A DNA stretch of 20,000 bases, from the IMG/VR virus record IMGVR_UViG_3300034407_003469. One strand, given 5' to 3'. The stretch comes from an uncultured virus (IMG/VR IMGVR_UViG_3300034407_003469) (Duplodnaviria; Heunggongvirae; Uroviricota; Caudoviricetes). Each line of letters starts with the position of its first letter. Position 1 is the stretch's first letter. The notes beneath the pieces were generated by a model. It worked only from the letters and a program-made list of their open reading frames with translations. It made no database searches and was not told where the DNA came from. Positions 1 to 8,250 of the stretch are shown one piece after another. Made by a program: the position numbers and the translations under genes.

Positions 1-1
1 G

Positions 2-3000
2 TTTAATTCTATCTGCCTGTTCTTTAGTTACTACCCCATCTTTTAAAGCCTCATCTAAATTAGTAATCCAACCCTTTTGAGGATAATCTCCACTAAATAA
101 TTTATCTAAATCATTTTTATTGGTTTTATAAAATTCTTGAACAGATTTTGGATATTCAGATATTTTAACTTTATTTTCTCCAACAAAATCCTGTTTCTGA
201 TATCTATAACCTGATTGGTATCTATCGTATTGAGAGTTTACCTTATCATATATAACTTGTGCTGATTTATTTACCTTTTCTACTATATTATCAATAGCTT
301 CTTGTGTATCTTCATTGCCTTCATCATATATTTCAGGTATTTTCAAACCTATATTTAATGATAAATTATCAAACCAATCGTTAAAATCTGAATCTCTTAA
401 TGAATTAGAAAATCTGCTTTCATTAGGCAAACCTCTTTTATCTTCAGGTAAAAAAGATGGTCGCCCTGCGGGTAAGTTTTTCAATTGGTCTTTAGCCATT
501 TCTAAAACTCCTTTGTCTGCTTCATTTCTTGTATCTTTTCCTTTTGGTTTTGATTTACCTTTCCATTTTGCTATAATTAATAATTGAGAAGGTGTGTATT
601 TTTTTAAACCTTTTACCCCTCCCTCTTTATCACTACCTATTAATATATTAGCTGATGCATTACCAAATTTGATTATATCAACTGCATCTGTTATATTATT
701 TCTTTTATTTCTTTCTAAAGTTTGCCAATTTGATAATAATCCTAAAGTTCCTGTTGTATCTCTTCCAATTATTTCATCTGCAAATTTTTCATATACTTGA
801 TTAGGTGTGAATACAATAGTTCGTGAACTTTCACCTGTTAACATCATATGGGACATCATAGCGATAGATGTCGTTGTTTTACCAAAACCTACTTCGTGTG
901 CTAAAAGACCTGAATTTTTGTTTGCTATGGCAAATTTCATTCCCTCAACTTGTGCATCTCTTAAATTAAATAGGAATGGATTAGGCAAAGACCCAAACCA
1001 TCTTGAATGTTCACAAAATATTGGGAATTTAGTATAATCAGCAATAGCCATATTGTTATATGTTTTATTCCAAACTTCTTCAATATTTGCTCTATAATAT
1101 GGTGTAAGTTGAATTTTACAAAAAGTAGTAAATAAATTATTACCCTCTAAAATTATTTGACTTTCTAATTTTTTATATTTATCAGTAATTACATTGAATA
1201 TTCTTTTGCCCTCGGCTTCTGTAATTGGAGTAAATAATTGTTTTGCCTTTATAGTATTTTTTGGGTTTTTTGGGTCAGGCATATTTACCTCAACTGCTAC
1301 TTTTTTCTTATTTTCAACTAAACCTATTTTTATTAAGTTTTCTCTACTTTGTTGTGTTAAATTACTAAATCCATATGGAGATTTAGGATTATATACATTT
1401 GTTAGTGTAAAGGTTTTTTGATTATTTCTTTTTAAGTAAGGAATAAACTGAAGAGGACAAGGTATATTATCACCTTCATCAGCAATCTTTTCAAATTTTG
1501 GCATTATGTGTTTCTTAATAAATGCTCCTGATGACATAGGGAATATATACCCATCAACTAAATAAAACTCATTTTGTTTTAAATATGGGCTACTAATAAA
1601 ATCCACTCCTTGACCAAATACCACAAACTCATAGAATTTTTTCAAATGATTATTAGTTAAGTTTAAAGGATTGTTTAATTTGAAATCATCATACTGTTGC
1701 TTTTTTGACATACCACCTAATGCAATAGGCTTGTATAAACTTTCTGCCTCTACTTCAATAGTTGAAATACGGGTCTTACCATCTCTAAATACACTATAAT
1801 CCTTACCTATTCTGCCTACAAATCCCTCATCATTAGTAAAAAATATAGGATTATGTATATTAACAATTAAGTTTTTTTCAGGATTTTTATCTCCAAATGT
1901 TAATCTATCAGGCTTATTATTATTTAATAAAGCATTTTGATTATCAACAATTTCTAATCCTTTTGACTCACCATAGTATAGTATTATATTATCTTCAAGT
2001 TCTCTATTTAAATAATTTAATTTTTTGTAAACATCTCCTGATGCATATTCATAGCTATAAGTGTATTTCTGCTCAACTATCTGTCCTGAATCTTTTTCAA
2101 AACTTAATCTTTCTATACATATAAGACCTTTCTCTATAAGTATCGGCAACAGTTTATCAGAAAAAATAAAATAATCAACTCCTAAAATTCTTTGGCTTAA
2201 TTTTCTAAAATAAGAAGAGTTGTCTTTTGAACTACCTCCTTTTGTAACAAAATATGCTAAAACTTCTTCAATATTCATATTTTGATTATTCATCCAAAAA
2301 GTTTCTCTTATATCATATATATAAAAGTAATCAGGGTTAGACCATCTACCTTTGCCAACTTTATCTTTAAAATAAGTGCCTTCAGATGAATCTAAAGACC
2401 ATTTAGGGTTCTTTTTAGTTTTCCATTGCAATTGCCCGTTTACACTTACTTGGTCGGCATATGTAAATATAAAAGATGCTATATTATCTATTAGTAACTT
2501 ATAAAACAATGGGCTTTCTTTTATATCTACTAATTTAGATTGTCTTATTAATGCATCTTGCAATGCTTCTGACTCTTCTATAATATCATCTGATAAAACT
2601 ATTTCTCTTACATTTTGCTCATCAAATAATTTACTCTTTTGTTGTAAAGATAATGATGGCTTATATAATTCTGCATATACAATATGTTCGCAATTAGATA
2701 ATCTTCCTGAACTTACTCCTTTAGCATATCCATATTGCTCTTTATTAGAATTTACAAAGTATGCTTCATCTGATTTAGGGTTAAAATATATGTCAATGGT
2801 ATCAGAATCCAAATCCATATATGTAGCACAAGTCAAAGCAAAATATAAATCATTAGACCTTATATTTATAAAAACTTCGTTTATTTTGTCAAAAAACAAT
2901 TTAATTGATATAGCTTTACTTCCTTTAGAACTTTGTTTTAATGCAGGATTTTCAGAAAAATTTGTATCGTAAAAATTCCTTGATAAAATATTAAAAGGTT

Positions 3001-3991
3001 CTACATTTTTTAATATGTCTTTACCTCTAATACCTGAAACTCTCACATAATCATTATTAGTGTCTAAATTTTTTACAAATTCTGCTTTATCAGATATTTT
3101 TTGTAAGTCGCCTTGACTACATTTAGACAAATCTGATACAGGTTTAAATTCATATTTTGTTGCATTACTATTAATATAATTCAAACTATACCCACCGTTA
3201 AAATAAGAGTTATCTACACTTGTTGATATAGAAAGGGGAGAGCAGATGTAATCTTCAGGTAGTAGTACAGATGTTCTATCATTAATTATATATCCTTCAG
3301 CTTTATTAAATTTATAGTTAATCTTTACACTATTTAAATCTTTATTTGCAACGGCATCAAAAAACTTGGATGTTCTTTCAATTGGTAGTTGTTCTAAATT
3401 TAAATTTTGAGGACATAATTTATACATCAAAAGTCCCATAATATCTACATCTAATGCTGAAGAATCATTTAAAAATCTGTAATCAGGATTTGAAAAAGAA
3501 CTTACAACTCCATTTGGCAAGGATGAAAAGTTAATGTTGGTATATATTTTGTCAAACATATAAACACTTTGACTTTGAAAAGCAACATTCATAACCTGAA
3601 AATTAATTAAGTTAGTTAATGCATCAACTAATTTAGCATAAAAAGAATAAGGCTTTCTATATAATCTTTCAATAAACTTTTTAACATCTGTGTCCAACTT
3701 TCCTTTCGGTGTTAATATTCTATCTCTAAAATATTCTAATTTATCTTTTCCTTGAGAATCGGCTTTTCTTTTTAATTCTTTCCAATAAATACTATTTACC
3801 CCAAATGTTCCATTTATTCTACCATCTCTTCCTTTTAAATATGGACTTTCATTCCCATATATAAAGTCAGGATTTTTTGCAACATACTTGGCAATTATGA
3901 ACATACCTTCATCTTTTAACAATGAATTATCATCAATTGTAGTATTTAATTTGCTTATTTGCTCTCCTATGTAATCTAATATATTTGCCAT
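2..3991 (-). CDS. Giant DarB/COG4646-like SNF2-family helicase (partial, >1330 aa, runs off the left edge; absent from ORF track)
   Basis: Hand translation from ATG at 3991 (MANILDYIGEQISK...) stays open to the edge. In-frame motifs: YASGDVYKKL (res 649; cf. YLSGNVREKL of COG4646), EEVWNKTYNN (res 971), Q-motif LRDAQVEG, motif I LLAHEVGFGKT (nt 907-875), motif Ia IVFTPNQVYEKF. Confidence 0.85.
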   Translation of the reverse strand, partial: MANILDYIGEQISKLNTTIDDNSLLKDEGMFIIAKYVAKNPDFIYGNESPYLKGRDGRINGTFGVNSIYWKELKRKADSQGKDKLEYFRDRILTPKGKLDTDVKKFIERLYRKPYSFYAKLVDALTNLINFQVMNVAFQSQSVYMFDKIYTNINFSSLPNGVVSSFSNPDYRFLNDSSALDVDIMGLLMYKLCPQNLNLEQLPIERTSKFFDAVANKDLNSVKINYKFNKAEGYIINDRTSVLLPEDYICSPLSISTSVDNSYFNGGYSLNYINSNATKYEFKPVSDLSKCSQGDLQKISDKAEFVKNLDTNNDYVRVSGIRGKDILKNVEPFNILSRNFYDTNFSENPALKQSSKGSKAISIKLFFDKINEVFINIRSNDLYFALTCATYMDLDSDTIDIYFNPKSDEAYFVNSNKEQYGYAKGVSSGRLSNCEHIVYAELYKPSLSLQQKSKLFDEQNVREIVLSDDIIEESEALQDALIRQSKLVDIKESPLFYKLLIDNIASFIFTYADQVSVNGQLQWKTKKNPKWSLDSSEGTYFKDKVGKGRWSNPDYFYIYDIRETFWMNNQNMNIEEVLAYFVTKGGSSKDNSSYFRKLSQRILGVDYFIFSDKLLPILIEKGLICIERLSFEKDSGQIVEQKYTYSYEYASGDVYKKLNYLNRELEDNIILYYGESKGLEIVDNQNALLNNNKPDRLTFGDKNPEKNLIVNIHNPIFFTNDEGFVGRIGKDYSVFRDGKTRISTIEVEAESLYKPIALGGMSKKQQYDDFKLNNPLNLTNNHLKKFYEFVVFGQGVDFISSPYLKQNEFYLVDGYIFPMSSGAFIKKHIMPKFEKIADEGDNIPCPLQFIPYLKRNNQKTFTLTNVYNPKSPYGFSNLTQQSRENLIKIGLVENKKKVAVEVNMPDPKNPKNTIKAKQLFTPITEAEGKRIFNVITDKYKKLESQIILEGNNLFTTFCKIQLTPYYRANIEEVWNKTYNNMAIADYTKFPIFCEHSRWFGSLPNPFLFNLRDAQVEGMKFAIANKNSGLLAHEVGFGKTTTSIAMMSHMMLTGESSRTIVFTPNQVYEKFADEIIGRDTTGTLGLLSNWQTLERNKRNNITDAVDIIKFGNASANILIGSDKEGGVKGLKKYTPSQLLIIAKWKGKSKPKGKDTRNEADKGVLEMAKDQLKNLPAGRPSFLPEDKRGLPNESRFSNSLRDSDFNDWFDNLSLNIGLKIPEIYDEGNEDTQEAIDNIVEKVNKSAQVIYDKVNSQYDRYQSGYRYQKQDFVGENKVKISEYPKSVQEFYKTNKNDLDKLFSGDYPQKGWITNLDEALKDGVVTKEQADRIK

Positions 3992-3993
3992 AT

Positions 3994-4236
3994 TTAATCG
4001 TTCAATGTTACCTCAATAGAAGAAATAGCTTCGCCTATTGAAAATACCCCCATACCACTATAAAGGTTGTTTATAATCGTTTCAATCAATTCTATTTTAC
4101 TATTATCATTTTCTATTTGCATAGTTACATTAGGATATTTATTTACATCTAAACTTCCTAATGCATTTACTATATTAGAAACAATTTCTTTTTTTTGTTT
4201 AATACTTTTTATACTATATAGTTTTGGTAATTCCAT
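3994..4236 (-). CDS. Hypothetical protein, 80 aa
   Basis: ATG start; 1-2 bp gaps to both neighbours; no recognisable motif. Confidence 0.8.
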   Translation of the reverse strand: MELPKLYSIKSIKQKKEIVSNIVNALGSLDVNKYPNVTMQIENDNSKIELIETIINNLYSGMGVFSIGEAISSIEVTLND

Positions 4237-4237
4237 A

Positions 4238-4489
4238 TTATCTTAAATACTTTTTTTCTATTTTACCCTCATCAGTTAATATCCAAAACTTATTATCTCC
4301 TGCACTACAAAGAGGTAATCTTGTGTTATATTCAAGATTAAAATTTATTTTTTTTATTGAGGTTTCTCCACCACCTAATAGTTCTACTTCTTCATATCCA
4401 AGTAATTTATCTGCACCACTATCTCTTAAAAATCCTATTGTTAGATTTTCAGAATTTACTATTTGAAAGTTTGGTCCTATGTAAGCCAT
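4238..4489 (-). CDS. Hypothetical protein, 83 aa
   Basis: ATG start; tightly packed in the operon; no recognisable motif. Confidence 0.8.
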   Translation of the reverse strand: MAYIGPNFQIVNSENLTIGFLRDSGADKLLGYEEVELLGGGETSIKKINFNLEYNTRLPLCSAGDNKFWILTDEGKIEKKYLR

Positions 4490-4500
4490 TTTATTATTTT

Positions 4501-4809
4501 TTAATTACAATTATATTCTTTTTTATTTTTTACTCTTGTTAAATAGTCTATTGCTGAATAAATTCTATCTACTTCTGCTTGACTATTTGCAAAATTTAAT
4601 TTACTATATAAATTCTCAAGTTCTAACTTTAAATATCTACAATGTGAAGATTTAACAGTAATTTTAATTGATTTAGGCACTTTATTTTCATCAAATGCGT
4701 GTCTATAAACAAATTCTCCTGAAGGTGTAAATTTATCTATTGTATCTCCTAATGGCATTTCAGATGCCCCTTCTTCATCTCCTGATTGATTAAACCAAAG
4801 TTTTTTCAT
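4501..4809 (-). CDS. Hypothetical protein, 102 aa
   Basis: ATG 1 bp after the upstream stop; no recognisable motif. Confidence 0.8.
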   Translation of the reverse strand: MKKLWFNQSGDEEGASEMPLGDTIDKFTPSGEFVYRHAFDENKVPKSIKITVKSSHCRYLKLELENLYSKLNFANSQAEVDRIYSAIDYLTRVKNKKEYNCN

Positions 4810-4810
4810 A

Positions 4811-5509
4811 CTAATCTTTTTTAAAAATTATTGCTTCATAAGATAAATATCTTAATTTATCATCTGTAAATCTTTTTACTATTTTCATTCCTGCTAATTC
4901 TTCTAATTTAATATCAGATAAATCATTATTAGGCTCATATATTAATACCAAATAACCATTATCATTAACAAAATGAGAACTTCTTTTAGTGTAATATTCA
5001 GTTGGGCTCATATCTCCAAGCCTTTTATTGTTATCTATTGCTTTGTAAAAACTCATTCCACTATTTGGTTGGGTAATTACGATATTATATTTTTTAGAGG
5101 TGTTTGTATTTATTATTGCAAAAAATTGTGAAATATCTCTTTCTGCTGATAAATATAGCCCTTGTGCATTTCTTTCTTGACAAACTAAATCTGTTAATCG
5201 TTTGCATACATAGTCTAAATTGTATGCAGTTATATTACTGTTATCGGGTGCCATATCTAAAATCTTACCTGCACCACTATTTGTATGCATAATACTTACA
5301 GGACTTGGTAAATTTTTATCTCCCTCTATTGAATAGTTAAATAACTCTTTAGAGAACCAACCCCATATATCCTCTACTAATCTATTTGATAGTACAAAAT
5401 CATCACACCCTGTATATCTTTTGAAATATGCCAATTCTTCAACAGATGCATAATAATTTGAAGGCAATGTTTTAATTAACTTCTCTATGTTTTTATTTAC
5501 CTTTTCCAT
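4811..5509 (-). CDS. Degenerate DarB-type N6-adenine DNA methyltransferase-fold protein (probably inactive)
   Basis: Collinear with the DarB-like MTase pattern: EELAYFKRYTG; FVLSNRLVEDIWG (cf. FYTP..V..MW); IMHTNSGAGKIL (cf. VLEPSxGxGRF); ITAYNLD (cf. GxELD); YNIVITQPNS (cf. FDLVIGNPPY); EYYTKRSSHFVNDNGYLVLI (cf. YFI.R.LDLLKPGGLLV.I). Confidence 0.7.
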   Translation of the reverse strand: MEKVNKNIEKLIKTLPSNYYASVEELAYFKRYTGCDDFVLSNRLVEDIWGWFSKELFNYSIEGDKNLPSPVSIMHTNSGAGKILDMAPDNSNITAYNLDYVCKRLTDLVCQERNAQGLYLSAERDISQFFAIINTNTSKKYNIVITQPNSGMSFYKAIDNNKRLGDMSPTEYYTKRSSHFVNDNGYLVLIYEPNNDLSDIKLEELAGMKIVKRFTDDKLRYLSYEAIIFKKD

Positions 5510-5514
5510 TCTAT

Positions 5515-6558
5515 TTAGTTTTTAACCATATCAATATACACCTCTTTTATTTTTTCATCATCCCTAATCCAACCTGCATATTTTTCAAGTGTTTCTCTTT
5601 GACCTTTTGATGTTACCCAAATTTGATTAGTAGGACCGTATTTTTTATAGTCTTTAAACTCACTTTGTCCAATTAACATATCACTAATAAATATAACACA
5701 CATTTCATAATCAGGATTTTCATTTTGCTTTGTTCTTTCTATATCTCCAAGTTTTCTAAATGCACCATCAAAACTTGTACCTCCTCCTCCGTGATAAATT
5801 AATCTGTCTGTTACATCTTTTAACGGTATTTGCTCGTTTGGAACACCAAATTTAGGGTCTTTATCATATGCACTCATTCCACAACTATCACAAACCCAAA
5901 ACTGCCCTGAATATTTTTTAGCTAATTCAGGAATAAACTGTGACAATAATTCTAAAAATGAAACTCCCCCATCAGTATAACTACCCATACTTCCTGATTG
6001 GTCCATTAAAACAACGACTTCTTTATCATTTTTTATTACTCTACTTTTTGCTTTTCTAAATACGGCAACCCCTTGCTCTATATATGTTTGTGCCCCTTCG
6101 TAATCTAAATGCTTTCTTCCCATTTTAGGAGCACCTATCAAATCGCCTAACCCTGCTTCTATTTCTGAAAACCATTCAGGCTCCCCACCTTGTGTTTCAG
6201 GAAGAGCAATAAAACCTAAATCAGTACCTTTTTCTCCTGCACTCGTACTTTCAGCAGGAACAATACTATCAGCTTCAGGAAAATCAATTTTGTTATTCAT
6301 TAACTCTTCTTTTATTTGAGTTACTTCAAATTCAGCTTCTCTAATATCAGTTAAATCTTCAGGAGATAATTTTTCATTTTGTTTAAATGCATTTTTTTCC
6401 ATTGAACCACAAGATGTAGGCATATCATAAGTCAATGGACTTACAATTTTGTTTTGTTGAGTTATTTCTTCTTTTAATCTACCAACAAGACCTTCAAGAT
6501 TTTCATTTAAATCTTTAATAATATTACTATATATTTTTGCCTTTTGTTTATACTCCAT
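5515..6558 (-). CDS. vWA (MIDAS) domain protein resembling the C-terminal half of DUF2201
   Basis: VVVLMDQSGSMG (DxSxS), HGGGGTSFDGAF (MIDAS Thr), VIFISD (MIDAS Asp). Start set at ATG 6558 (TAATG overlap with upstream stop); track start 6564 is an alternative. Confidence 0.85.
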   Translation of the reverse strand: MEYKQKAKIYSNIIKDLNENLEGLVGRLKEEITQQNKIVSPLTYDMPTSCGSMEKNAFKQNEKLSPEDLTDIREAEFEVTQIKEELMNNKIDFPEADSIVPAESTSAGEKGTDLGFIALPETQGGEPEWFSEIEAGLGDLIGAPKMGRKHLDYEGAQTYIEQGVAVFRKAKSRVIKNDKEVVVLMDQSGSMGSYTDGGVSFLELLSQFIPELAKKYSGQFWVCDSCGMSAYDKDPKFGVPNEQIPLKDVTDRLIYHGGGGTSFDGAFRKLGDIERTKQNENPDYEMCVIFISDMLIGQSEFKDYKKYGPTNQIWVTSKGQRETLEKYAGWIRDDEKIKEVYIDMVKN

Positions 6559-6773
6559 TACCATTTATTTTGTGGACATTGTTGCCCATCTAAAAGTGTT
6601 TTTGCTTTTAAAATACAACCACAAGTCAATTGATTTCCATTAACATCATATTCAGGTCTTAAAAGTGTTCCACAGGTCATTCCAACTCCGTATGTTTGTT
6701 TTACATAAGGACATCTGCCACATATATTAAGTCTGTCTTGTGCATTTAATCTTCTTGGTGTATTGCTCCACAT
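6558..6773 (-). CDS. Small Cys-rich putative Zn-binding phage protein (DUF6171-like)
   Basis: RLNICGRCP...TCG...TCGCILKAKT...QCPQNKW fits the CxxC...CGC..K..CPxxKW pattern common in aquatic phages; coupled on both sides. Confidence 0.75.
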   Translation of the reverse strand: MWSNTPRRLNAQDRLNICGRCPYVKQTYGVGMTCGTLLRPEYDVNGNQLTCGCILKAKTLLDGQQCPQNKW

Positions 6774-6774
6774 A

Positions 6775-8250
6775 TTATAATAAGTTTTCTAAATCCATTA
6801 AAGCCTTATCTATATCAGATATTTCTTCTTTTGTCAATTTATCTTGATGTTTATCTTTAATATTTTTAAAATTATTTATTGAATTTTTAATATTGTTTTC
6901 TAAATATACATTATCAATCTTTTCTTGTATATCATCTTTTCTTTTAGTCTGCTCTTTTGTCCAATCTTCTGATTTTTCTCCTTCTTCATCAGACTGTTCA
7001 CCATCTACATCGGTATCTTTTTCTTTTTCCTTTTTATCTCCTTTTTCTTCTTCCTTTTTATCTCCTTTTTCTGCTTCATCTTCACTTTCATCACTTAATT
7101 CATCTGACCAAACTTCATCTCCTTGAGTTTGCCCATCTATTCCTCCATTCATTAAATCTTCAAGTATTTCTTCTTTTTCTTTAATAATATCTTCGGGACT
7201 CTTATTTGCATCACCTTCACCTTCTTCTCCTTGACTATCTCCTTCTTGTTCTTCTCCATCTCCATCTTGCTCTTCTCCACCTCCTCCTTGAGGAGAATCA
7301 TCACCCTCATCTCCATAATCTCCTTGCTCACCCTCTTCTTCAGGAACGGCAGATATAATTTCTTTATCCGTATAAATACCTAATAATTCACCACTTTTTA
7401 CAAATTGTAAACCTTGGGCTCTTTGGTTTTCTACGGCTTTTAAAAAGTTTTCAAACTCTTCATCTGATATTCCCTCAATAATAAAATCACCTTTTTCATC
7501 TATGTCAACAATAACACCGGGCTCTCCATTATATTTTGAGGATTTTTTATCTATTATTACATAATCTCCAATTTCAAAACTTTCTTTTTTATTATCTTGT
7601 TTTTGGCTTTGATTATCTTTGCTTATTCTTTCATTTGCTTTATTAAACTTATCGGCTATAATATACCATTCAGGTACATATGGTCTTTCCTCATCATATG
7701 GTAATTCTATTTTTGGAAATTGTTGTTCAGGTACTAATAATTTTTGTTCTTTGTTTTTAAAATATAAGCACTTGTAAACTTGTTCTAAACCTTCTCTTTC
7801 AAGTTGGTCATTAATTCTTATGTCCATACAAGCATTGCTATTTCTAACTTTACTAAAAGACATAGTTAACAAGCAATCTCCTCTCAATATATGTCCCATT
7901 TCGTGCCTAAAAGATGCTTTCATACAAGGCTCCCAATAACACATATATTTAGTAAAAGTGGGATAACCTATGTAAAATCTTTTCCTTTGTTTAGAATATG
8001 CTGAATAAAAAGTGGTTGCTTTAGGGTCATATTTCAATAATATCTTTTCAGGTATCATACCTGCTTTTCTTATCAAGGGGTCAAGTGTATTTATTCTGAA
8101 ATTATCATCAATCCTTTCAAGAGATGTAGCTATTCTTGTAGAATTGTTTTTTATTACGGAAAATTTTTTAGTACCTATATCTTTTTTAACATTAGATATA
8201 TAAAAGTCCCAAAATTCATCCCAATCAGTAAAATACTTGTGTTCTTGCAT
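6775..8250 (-). CDS. HExxH putative metallopeptidase (DUF2201_N-like) with KOW/SH3-like segment and acidic low-complexity tail
   Basis: RHEMGHILRG (H116-H120) followed by NACMDIRIND (cf. NIAxDxxIN); FEIGDYVII..YNGEPGVIVDID is KOW-like; long E/D/G-rich stretch; TAATG overlap with the AAA gene. Confidence 0.8.
   Translation of the reverse strand: MQEHKYFTDWDEFWDFYISNVKKDIGTKKFSVIKNNSTRIATSLERIDDNFRINTLDPLIRKAGMIPEKILLKYDPKATTFYSAYSKQRKRFYIGYPTFTKYMCYWEPCMKASFRHEMGHILRGDCLLTMSFSKVRNSNACMDIRINDQLEREGLEQVYKCLYFKNKEQKLLVPEQQFPKIELPYDEERPYVPEWYIIADKFNKANERISKDNQSQKQDNKKESFEIGDYVIIDKKSSKYNGEPGVIVDIDEKGDFIIEGISDEEFENFLKAVENQRAQGLQFVKSGELLGIYTDKEIISAVPEEEGEQGDYGDEGDDSPQGGGGEEQDGDGEEQEGDSQGEEGEGDANKSPEDIIKEKEEILEDLMNGGIDGQTQGDEVWSDELSDESEDEAEKGDKKEEEKGDKKEKEKDTDVDGEQSDEEGEKSEDWTKEQTKRKDDIQEKIDNVYLENNIKNSINNFKNIKDKHQDKLTKEEISDIDKALMDLENLL
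7027..7072. repeat. 22-bp direct repeat, 24-bp period, encoding EKGDKKE twice
   Basis: ttcctttttatctcctttttct at 7027-7048 and 7051-7072. Confidence 0.8.

Noticed and set aside
315..2972. Six plus-strand ORFs of 60-90 aa in the track
   Set aside because: Antisense shadows of the giant minus-strand helicase, which carries recognisable motifs.
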